From IMG/VR virus record IMGVR_UViG_3300039082_000001, positions 1 to 52,100 of that record: DNA of 52,100 nt; one strand, written 5' to 3'. The notes beneath the pieces were generated by a model that saw nothing but the letters and a program-made list of their open reading frames with translations, did no database searches and was not told the origin of the DNA. This DNA comes from a virus. Lineage: Duplodnaviria; Caudoviricetes. A program made the position numbers and the translations under genes. Shown in pieces: positions 44,940 through 52,100 of the stretch. Position 1 is the stretch's first letter, and each line of letters starts with the position of its first letter.

Positions 44940-44960
44940 GGGGGGCTTTAGGCCCCCCTT
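44940..44960. terminator. Hairpin terminator between capsid gene and antisense gene
   Basis: GGGGGGC-TTTAG-GCCCCCC followed by TT. Confidence 0.6.
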
Positions 44961-44978
44961 CATCGTTAAGCGTTAGCC

Positions 44979-45914
44979 TTAGCTAGCCGGAGCACCAGAC
45001 GGGCGCAGGATCGCGAACGGGAACGGCGAGTCAGCCAGAGGCGTACTCGGGTCCAGCAGCATGTAAGCCAGACGGAAGACCACACGCATGATCTTCGAGT
45101 CCTGCTGCATCGCGTTGAAGACCACAGCGCCAGCGTCGTTGGTGATCACGGCATCCGTGTGGATGCTGTAGGTGATATCCTGACGGATACCAACCACCAG
45201 CCGACTGAAGTCACCCATGAGTAGCGTGGCGTAGTTCGAACGCCATGCACCGTTGGTCGACTCAGCAAGCGGGTAACCGTAGAGGTTACCGGCCAGACCG
45301 TCCCGCACGTTCGGCTGCCAGATCGGCAGAGAAGTGCTCGGGTCACGGAGCTGAGCGAGCTTCCAGCGCAGGCCCGGACGGGCCACAAAGCCGTTGATGT
45401 TAACGCCATCAACAGCCAGATCCTCGGCCAGTTCGGCAACGTCAAGCGTCAGGTCCGAAGACTCAGTAGCCACGTTACCAGCAGTCAAGGCACCCTGGTA
45501 GAGGTACGGGTCAGTCCAGCTAGCCGGCTTGTCAACGCCCCAGAAAATGGCGTCGTCAACCTTGCGGCCGATGGCCTCAGCCAGACGAGGCTTGATCTCG
45601 CCCCACAGGTCGATAGCAGCGTCATCCGCGAACGCGTCAGGGACCACAACCAGGGTCGCGATCTCTTCAACGGTCGTGGACTTCTGACGCCACGACATGT
45701 TGGTCGTCTGCTTCAGGCCCGTGTCACCGTTAACCCAGTACGCCTCAGGCAGGGTATCCAGCATGGAGACGGTCTTGGTCTTGGTGCTCATCGGCACCTT
45801 GCGGCCAAGGGCCAGAGCCGCAGAAGCCTGCGGAGCAGCCTGAATGATCTCGTAGGAAATATCAGTCGGAACGAAATTAGCGTCCCGAGCCTGAACCTTG
45901 TTGTAAGTAGCCAT
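44979..45914 (-). CDS. Major capsid protein (HK97 fold)
   Basis: AYWV, EEIA, GDFS, GIRQDI, QQD. Confidence 0.95.
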   Translation of the reverse strand: MATYNKVQARDANFVPTDISYEIIQAAPQASAALALGRKVPMSTKTKTVSMLDTLPEAYWVNGDTGLKQTTNMSWRQKSTTVEEIATLVVVPDAFADDAAIDLWGEIKPRLAEAIGRKVDDAIFWGVDKPASWTDPYLYQGALTAGNVATESSDLTLDVAELAEDLAVDGVNINGFVARPGLRWKLAQLRDPSTSLPIWQPNVRDGLAGNLYGYPLAESTNGAWRSNYATLLMGDFSRLVVGIRQDITYSIHTDAVITNDAGAVVFNAMQQDSKIMRVVFRLAYMLLDPSTPLADSPFPFAILRPSGAPAS

Positions 45915-45939
45915 TTAAACCTCCAGGAGAGGGAAGCCG

Positions 45940-46461
45940 TTAGCCCCAGAGGGCTTGACGGAGTTCTTCGTTGTAGTCAGTCTTACCGGAACCCACGGGC
46001 TTACCCCTAGCACCAGGGAACAGGTTAGGATTCGGAGGTTCTTCCTTGGGCTCATCAGTCGTCTTCTTTCCGATTCGATCGGATAGACGCTTAGCGGAAG
46101 CGAAGATTTCCTCCTTGGTATTACCAGCGATCAGATCAGCATCACCTTCGTCAAGACCGTGCTTGGCGATAGCGAGTTCAATCAGATCAGCCTTGCGCTC
46201 CTCCTCAAGGGCCTTTGCACGAGCATTAGCCTTCTCCAGCTCGGACATCTGGGACTGCTTCCAGTCGTCATATTCCTTCAGCTTAGAGTCAAGCTCCTTG
46301 TTGGTAACGCGCTTGGCAGCAGCTTCACGTCGGACCTTGGCCAGTTCAGCAGCAAGCTCCTCATAGGTAAGCTTTCCCTGGGCACCGCCCTCGTTCTCGA
46401 ACGTTTCCACTGCATTGTCGACCTGCGACTGGGTGTTTTCGGCACCCTCGTTGTCACTCAT
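45940..46461 (-). CDS. Scaffolding protein
   Basis: VRREAAAKR, MSELEKA; precedes capsid. Confidence 0.88.
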   Translation of the reverse strand: MSDNEGAENTQSQVDNAVETFENEGGAQGKLTYEELAAELAKVRREAAAKRVTNKELDSKLKEYDDWKQSQMSELEKANARAKALEEERKADLIELAIAKHGLDEGDADLIAGNTKEEIFASAKRLSDRIGKKTTDEPKEEPPNPNLFPGARGKPVGSGKTDYNEELRQALWG

Positions 46462-46476
46462 TTACTCTCCTGGAGT

Positions 46477-47289
46477 CTAAAGGGATGTGAAATGATCCCC
46501 TCGGTATGATAGATACGGACCGATTTCTCCATGGTTATATTCAACCATAATCTTGCGATAATCGATCGTACGTCCGGACCTATCCGAGGTACCGAACTTG
46601 GATTGAATGTCCTGGTGAATCTGATCAAGGAGGTCTTGGTCTAGAATCTGGTCTCCGTCAGATTCAAAGGACAGAACTGGAGCGACCTTACAGTCGCAGT
46701 GTGGATGGATTGGCTTAAGCTGGCTCCGATGGTACCGTTGAGTAGAAGCAACGATACATAGAGCGCAGTTAACAGGACCGTATAGTACCCTTCGATACCC
46801 GACGATCTTATGCTCATTGGCGAACTTCTCAATCTGGGTCAGGTCAGCGATACGCTCTACATCGGTATCGACCATTTCCCTGATACGGCTTACGCCATTC
46901 CCAAGGGCATCATTAATGCTTCTACCCTTTTTAAGGGCTGTCCAGAAATCCACGAACTGACGTTGGTAGACTATGCTGGACGGAACTCCTCCACGGAGCT
47001 TGGAAATAACGTCCGTACTAGACACAGGAGCGTCTGAAAACTCCGACCCTAGTAGAAGGTACCCTTGAGCTGAGTTTGTAGCCTCTGTGATAGCTACAGC
47101 CGTCGCAAAAGTGTCTTCTACGAGGGGCAAAGCACCCTTGAGGAACGCCTCGATATCAGACTTGTTGTGAAACGCTAGATCGAGCCATTCCACAGCAAGC
47201 TGATCACCTAGACTATCCTTGAGCGCTCTTAGCTGGGCTGACAGGCTTTTGGCCAGCGTTCGGACCGCCAGATCCTGGCTTGTTGCCAT
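46477..47289 (-). CDS. MuF-like minor capsid / 'capsid maturation protease'
   Basis: GYRRV, CALCIVASTQRY, PIHPHCDC, HGEIGP. Confidence 0.8.
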   Translation of the reverse strand: MATSQDLAVRTLAKSLSAQLRALKDSLGDQLAVEWLDLAFHNKSDIEAFLKGALPLVEDTFATAVAITEATNSAQGYLLLGSEFSDAPVSSTDVISKLRGGVPSSIVYQRQFVDFWTALKKGRSINDALGNGVSRIREMVDTDVERIADLTQIEKFANEHKIVGYRRVLYGPVNCALCIVASTQRYHRSQLKPIHPHCDCKVAPVLSFESDGDQILDQDLLDQIHQDIQSKFGTSDRSGRTIDYRKIMVEYNHGEIGPYLSYRGDHFTSL

Positions 47290-48730
47290 TTACACCTCCG
47301 GACGAGCTTTGGCTCTTAAGGGCTCCGCCCGAAGCCTGAACTGCTGCCAGAGCCATCTGGCGAGCATCTTCCTTCTTCTTCTCGGCCACAGCGAATTCAA
47401 TATCCTCTGGAGTGAACTGCATCTTCTCCATGGCCAGGGCCAACGGGATACCCATCTGTGTGTACTTGAGTCCAGCGTCAGCAAGTTCTGAGGTCGGACG
47501 CTCTTCAGGGTCCGCCCAGATAGTCTTAGCAGGAGCTGTAGCCTTAGCGTTACCAAGGTACTTGAAACCGATTCGAGTAATCTTCTCATGGCTCCAGCCC
47601 ATTGACCTCATCCGAAGCTTCGTCTTAGAGACAAGACCTGCTTCAGAAGCCTTCAGAGCATCACCTGATGCGTTCACGATCTTACCCAGAAGGTAGTGAG
47701 GAGGAGTCTTCGAGATAGCTGCCATGTCGCCCACATCCTGCTGAACCGCATCAAGGATCTGACGAATATCGGCCTCGGAGAACTCACCGAACTTGGCATT
47801 GTCAACCTCAGTGGTCCAGAGGACATCAGAACCTGGATCGAACGGAGGCTTACGATTACCCCTAGCGTCAGCAGGAACCTTGATACCCGAAGCCCAACGC
47901 TGCTTATACGCCTGGGCGCGAGTAATGATCATACGATCCAGAACGGTAGCGTTAATACGATCCTGAACATCCTTGAGGTTGAACGACTCAGCCTCAGCCA
48001 GAGACGTGTAATTCAAGCTAGGGTTCCAGGCGTAGCGAACTAGTGGAACAACTCCAACTGGATTGGTTTGTCGGTCCACGAGCTGGAATCCATTCGGATC
48101 GCCGAGCGTGGTCAGACGCTTCGTCAAGGAAGTCATGTCATAGTTCTGAACATCCTCAACCGGAGGACCCATGTAGTAGGACACCGAGTCAGGAAGGTAG
48201 AGAACTGCAACTACCTTATCCATGTAGATGTCTTCCCACATCTTCAGGCCAGCGATTCCGCGAGTAGGTCGAGCAGGATCATACTCAAGCCCACACATAC
48301 GTGGATCTTCCATGGTGAAGACAGGTTGGCCATTAGAGTCTTCGTCCGGAGGAGAAACCAGAACGAAGGCATCACCGAAGGTGGCAGCATACAGGTGGAT
48401 CATGGCTTCCTGGAAGTCCATATCATTGGCTAGCCACATCTCAGCGGCATCAGGATCAGCAGAGTTAGACCCTGCGAACTTGATACCGTTTACCTTCATT
48501 CGCTCTACAGGACTCATGGTAACAAGTCCGTAGTAGTTAGTACGACACATCTTCTGGAACTCACGAAGAGCCTTTACGTATCGACGGTCTCCGGAAGGGA
48601 AAGGATGATTACCGGTGACGTAACGCTCAAGTTCATTGTAACGGTTCTGTTCTGCCAGAACCCTAGAGACGAGCCGACTGAAGAACCAATCCGGGCTCCC
48701 AGCCGCAGCTTTATTAAGTGCCACTGGCAC
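47213..48730 (-). CDS. Portal protein (SPP1-like)
   Basis: YVTGNHP, QDRIN, FGEF, TPPHYL, SGDAL. Confidence 0.93.
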   Translation of the reverse strand: MPVALNKAAAGSPDWFFSRLVSRVLAEQNRYNELERYVTGNHPFPSGDRRYVKALREFQKMCRTNYYGLVTMSPVERMKVNGIKFAGSNSADPDAAEMWLANDMDFQEAMIHLYAATFGDAFVLVSPPDEDSNGQPVFTMEDPRMCGLEYDPARPTRGIAGLKMWEDIYMDKVVAVLYLPDSVSYYMGPPVEDVQNYDMTSLTKRLTTLGDPNGFQLVDRQTNPVGVVPLVRYAWNPSLNYTSLAEAESFNLKDVQDRINATVLDRMIITRAQAYKQRWASGIKVPADARGNRKPPFDPGSDVLWTTEVDNAKFGEFSEADIRQILDAVQQDVGDMAAISKTPPHYLLGKIVNASGDALKASEAGLVSKTKLRMRSMGWSHEKITRIGFKYLGNAKATAPAKTIWADPEERPTSELADAGLKYTQMGIPLALAMEKMQFTPEDIEFAVAEKKKEDARQMALAAVQASGGALKSQSSSGGVNGNKPGSGGPNAGQKPVSPAKSAQG

Positions 48731-48787
48731 TCCTTTCTTATGCCGGGAGCGCAGCTCCCTTAGGGCTGGAAGCCCGAGCCGCCTGGG

Positions 48788-50368
48788 CTAGAATGAGAAA
48801 AGGTAATTGTCCGGTCCGTCTGTGTCGCGACCATCTTCAATGGCATCTGCACGAGCTTCCAGAGCTAGAAGTGCTGCCATTACTGCGTCGATCTTCCGAG
48901 AAGACCCACGTGCTTCCTTCTTGATGAGCTTTCCGTAAGGAGTTTCCTCGAACTGGGCGTTAAGTGCATGCTGCTCCAGAACGGCACTACCGTCCCAGGT
49001 AATCAGCTTGGACTCAACTGCGGTCTCAAACCGCTCAATTGCCCTGCTCATGATGTTCTTACGGTTAGTCCAGTACTCGAATACGATGTCATCGAAGTCC
49101 AAGGACCAACGTCCGACGATATCCTGCCAGTAAGCTGGGTCAGCATACATCCAGACAACGTTATACTCAGCCAGGACCTTCCTGACCTTCTCGTCCACCA
49201 TAACGAATGGAACTTCCCAATCCCTGTGAATCTTAGGATCGGGGTTTGCCCATACCTCAATGGTGAAGATATGGCCATCGGATAGCCTACAGCCGATAAG
49301 CGCTGTGGTGTCATCCTTGGTGGAGCCGTCAAAGCCAAGGGCAATACGTTCAGTCTTGCCGATCTCTTCGAACGGAACGAACTTGATAATGCTGCGCCAC
49401 TTAGCTGGGTCAAGCCACTGGAAGGTGCCTTGAACGACCTGATTGAAGTAGAACCGACGAGCATCTGCCTCAGTAGTAGCAGGGTCGTCCATTTCCTCTT
49501 CAATACGGTCTAGATCAACCCAACCACCATTCTCCGCAGCCGAGTCACCATACGCAAAGCAGAGACCCTTACGGCGTTCTGCTCGTAGCTGCTCAGCATC
49601 TGGGTCGTTGTCGTCGATCTTAGCTGGACACGAATCTGAGGCCGCCCGATAGTCAACGAGTAGTCCTGGACGACTTGCTTTCGCCGCTTCAAGCGATAGC
49701 TCAGCGACCGACTCCTCGCCCGGTGCAGGAGCGTTCGTCGTCTCAACTGAACGTCCACCGAACTTACCCAGGTTACGCCGAATAACTGCGGCAAGCTTAT
49801 CCCCGTGATTGGATTTAACCCAGAGGTGGGTTTCGTCCAGGACCACGAAAGTCGGGCGGTTACCCTCACGCGATGTTGAACCCGCCGTGACCGGTTCGAG
49901 CTTACCGTTCTCCGTGAGGATACGCGTCTTGCCAATGTCAAGCCTGTAGTTCTCACAAGCCTCCCCATTCAGGAGCATCTCTACAACGAGGTCCATGGTG
50001 TTGTCCGTCTGAGCTTCAGAAGTTGCGGAAATCTGTACCCATGGAGATGGCTGGGTCCTCCCAACTGGCTTACCATTCTCCCAGTGAGAGAATTTCACAG
50101 GACCCAAAAGTTCAGCACAACACAGAGCGGCCAAGAGGGGACTTTTCCCCCAACCTTTTACTCTGCCGAGAAGGCCCCGACGGTATATGAATTTTCCTTC
50201 CTCATCTACCGCGTAGAACCAAACAACGAATTTCGCCTGCTCCCTAGAGAACCGCCACTTCTCGCCCTTATGGTCACCATCTGGCTGAGCTAGATTATCT
50301 GAGCACCAGCTCAGCACCCCCCAACCCAAACTGTATTGAGGAAGACCCTCAGGAAGTTCTAGCACCAT
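48788..50368 (-). CDS. terL: Terminase large subunit
   Basis: KGWGKSP, LDETH, LGFDGS..DDT, DP, KIDAV. Confidence 0.95.
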   Translation of the reverse strand: MVLELPEGLPQYSLGWGVLSWCSDNLAQPDGDHKGEKWRFSREQAKFVVWFYAVDEEGKFIYRRGLLGRVKGWGKSPLLAALCCAELLGPVKFSHWENGKPVGRTQPSPWVQISATSEAQTDNTMDLVVEMLLNGEACENYRLDIGKTRILTENGKLEPVTAGSTSREGNRPTFVVLDETHLWVKSNHGDKLAAVIRRNLGKFGGRSVETTNAPAPGEESVAELSLEAAKASRPGLLVDYRAASDSCPAKIDDNDPDAEQLRAERRKGLCFAYGDSAAENGGWVDLDRIEEEMDDPATTEADARRFYFNQVVQGTFQWLDPAKWRSIIKFVPFEEIGKTERIALGFDGSTKDDTTALIGCRLSDGHIFTIEVWANPDPKIHRDWEVPFVMVDEKVRKVLAEYNVVWMYADPAYWQDIVGRWSLDFDDIVFEYWTNRKNIMSRAIERFETAVESKLITWDGSAVLEQHALNAQFEETPYGKLIKKEARGSSRKIDAVMAALLALEARADAIEDGRDTDGPDNYLFSF

Positions 50369-50784
50369 AGCTCCAAATATGCTATAGCAGCGCGAAGAGT
50401 ATTGGCGTCATCTGCCAGAAGACCCATCGCTGAATTGCAGCTATAACAAAGTAGTCCACGAATACAGGAGCCACAGGATCTAAAACCAGGACAACATGAA
50501 TGGTTATGATCGACATGCAAGGTCTTTTCGCTTGGACGCTTACATATCGCACACACACCTTCTTGCGATAGAAGAATGGATTCATATTGATCGACAGTTA
50601 TTCCATAGGTCTGCCTTAGATATTTGGCTCGTGATTTCGCTGGATCGTACCAGCGATGCTTGTTATCTTTGGTCCACTGGTTGAGACAGTCTTTACACTG
50701 ACTCTTCTTCCCGCTGCTGTGACGTTTATCGTTTCCAAACCTCTCAAGAGGTTTTTCCACCCCACACTTTGAGCAGCGTTTCAT
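50359..50784 (-). CDS. Endonuclease VII-family nuclease
   Basis: CSKC..., YGITVDQY, VDHNHSCC...IRGLLCYSCN. Confidence 0.9.
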   Translation of the reverse strand: MKRCSKCGVEKPLERFGNDKRHSSGKKSQCKDCLNQWTKDNKHRWYDPAKSRAKYLRQTYGITVDQYESILLSQEGVCAICKRPSEKTLHVDHNHSCCPGFRSCGSCIRGLLCYSCNSAMGLLADDANTLRAAIAYLELWC

Positions 50785-50785
50785 G

Positions 50786-51232
50786 CTAGGTTCCTAGAAG
50801 ATCCTCGTAGTAGTTGTCTTCAGAGTCTTCTTGGCCCGGAAGGGCAGGATCGAGATCAGCGATAACGAACCGGAGCTTCAGTCGGTCAGCGTAAGTGGCA
50901 CCGTAGTTAGCAGTCTTACGGTCCAGCTCACGGGAGAGCTGAGCAATATCGGTCGTCTTAGCGTTAGGACTGTTCTGAAGGGTCATGATCTGGTCATAGA
51001 TCCTTGCAGCTACTTCCATGACATCCCAGTCGGTGTCAGTCATAAGCTGAGCCTGAGGACTCTTGCGCCAGTTGTGCCACCATGCCAGAGTCTTCGAATG
51101 CCAAGGAAAGTCATCCGGTAGATCATGGCCACGGAGGATCCCGTCGTCATAAAGAGTCTTAAACGGACTCATGGTGTCCTTGTTCCTACGAACCCTCCCA
51201 GGGTTCGGCGGTGGACCTACGATACCTGTCAT
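50786..51232 (-). CDS. terS: Terminase small subunit
   Basis: GPPP..RRN, WW..WR.SPQA, TDW, GAT.ADRLKLR; GGAGG RBS before ATG 51232. Confidence 0.85.
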   Translation of the reverse strand: MTGIVGPPPNPGRVRRNKDTMSPFKTLYDDGILRGHDLPDDFPWHSKTLAWWHNWRKSPQAQLMTDTDWDVMEVAARIYDQIMTLQNSPNAKTTDIAQLSRELDRKTANYGATYADRLKLRFVIADLDPALPGQEDSEDNYYEDLLGT

Positions 51233-51267
51233 TTTGACCTCCAGGGTCAGTTGAGCCCACCAGGGGC

Positions 51268-51296
51268 TTGCTTGGTCTTGCATCTTGTGGTACAGT
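51268..51296 (+). promoter_or_regulatory. Promoter TTGCTT-N17-TACAGT (extended TG), leaderless mRNA
   Basis: -10 ends 7 nt before ATG 51304. Confidence 0.65.
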
Positions 51297-51303
51297 GCTG
51301 TAT

Positions 51304-51924
51304 ATGAAACCTTTTGCCGTAGGCGACAAAATCTTGGTGAAGAAGTTCGAGTTCCCCGATTCCGAATCTGGAACCGATGCGGCAGTCGGCACCATTCGTG
51401 AAGTGGTCAGTTCGTGTCCCTTCGATGGGTACCCTGTAATCAAGATCGTCGGATCAAAGGACGGCGTGGAGTTCCAGGTCTACAAGAACGTAATCGAGTG
51501 GGAACCCGTCAACGAACCCGTCAAGGTAGGGGACAGGATTCGGATCCTGGCATACAAGTACCCTGATTCTCTATTTCTGACTCCGGAGATCGGGAGTATT
51601 CAGCCTGTTGTTTCCATCTCAATTGACGGTGACCCGGTCATTGCTGCGTGGGGTACGGGTTACAACAAGGTCATCAGCGAATGGATCAAGATCACGGAGG
51701 ATAAAGTGAGTTACTTCCAGTTCACGCAGCAGGACATCGATGAGGCCGTAGCTAAGGCTCTCGAAGAGTTCAAGGCCAACCTTCCGGTCAAGGAGGTCAC
51801 TGTCCGGACTTCCTTCAAGGTCTGGGTGCCTAAGCACTACACCGAGGACGAGATCATGGAATTCGTTGAGCATTCGAGCGATGACGTGTTCGAAAACGTC
51901 GAGTGGGAAGTCGAAGACAACTGA
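51304..51924 (+). CDS. Hypothetical protein with two tandem SH3/KOW-like repeats
   Basis: VGDKILV..FPDS..GTI..V..DGYPVI repeated as VGDRIRI..YPDS..GSI..V..DGDPVI. Confidence 0.7.
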   Translation: MKPFAVGDKILVKKFEFPDSESGTDAAVGTIREVVSSCPFDGYPVIKIVGSKDGVEFQVYKNVIEWEPVNEPVKVGDRIRILAYKYPDSLFLTPEIGSIQPVVSISIDGDPVIAAWGTGYNKVISEWIKITEDKVSYFQFTQQDIDEAVAKALEEFKANLPVKEVTVRTSFKVWVPKHYTEDEIMEFVEHSSDDVFENVEWEVEDN

Positions 51925-51938
51925 GCTGAAGGCAATGG

Positions 51939-51961
51939 AGGCCCCTTCGGGGGCCTTTTTG
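51939..51961 (+). terminator. Rho-independent terminator
   Basis: AGGCCCC-TTCG-GGGGCCT-TTTT. Confidence 0.9.
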
Positions 51962-52100
51962 CTGTCTGTAAGCTGTTGGGACCCTTTACCCTGGGCTTAC
52001 CTACCACTGCGGCCATTTCGGGCCTTAGCGTAAGCTACGAGTGCCCTGGATCCATCGATCTGTGTCTCATGCGAGCCCAACTCAGCCCGTACACAATGTC

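Noticed and set aside
50359-50784. Group I introns or inteins hosting the EndoVII genes
   Set aside because: Flanking genes appear intact and abut the nuclease ORFs, leaving no room for a ribozyme core; TerL, RNR and helicase have normal lengths

Overview
The window looks like a complete or near-complete ~52 kb tailed dsDNA siphophage of an actinobacterial host. Its layout resembles mycobacteriophage cluster A / Streptomyces R4-type phages. (1) A + strand early cassette (0.7-3.75 kb, DUF932 plus small ORFs) is bracketed by two low-complexity non-coding blocks. (2) A leftward operon (9.5->4.3 kb) under a consensus promoter encodes dCMP deaminase, HNH, GT2, tRNA-Gly, a GPGG membrane peptide, a secreted prodomain-less subtilisin, an RHH protein, a secreted GH26-like hydrolase and a MazG-like protein. 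(3) A rightward regulation/replication arm (9.8-28.2 kb) encodes a multi-HTH regulator, Cas4-like exonuclease, DnaB-like helicase, a nucleotidyltransferase module, split primase, class II RNR, ThyX and RNA ligase. (4) A leftward virion/lysis arm spans 51.2->28.3 kb. I could not recognise a DNA polymerase, integrase or parAB. The most interesting observations are the secreted protease/glycosidase cassette, the NTase plus two 'GGE' paralog module, a dispersed ~90 bp element repeated across the genome, an H-type pseudoknot before the tail chaperone, a 14-nt anti-16S sequence in a structured leader, six EndoVII-type nucleases, and two self-promoted antisense genes in the late arm. All calls come from motif recognition by eye; no database searches were run.
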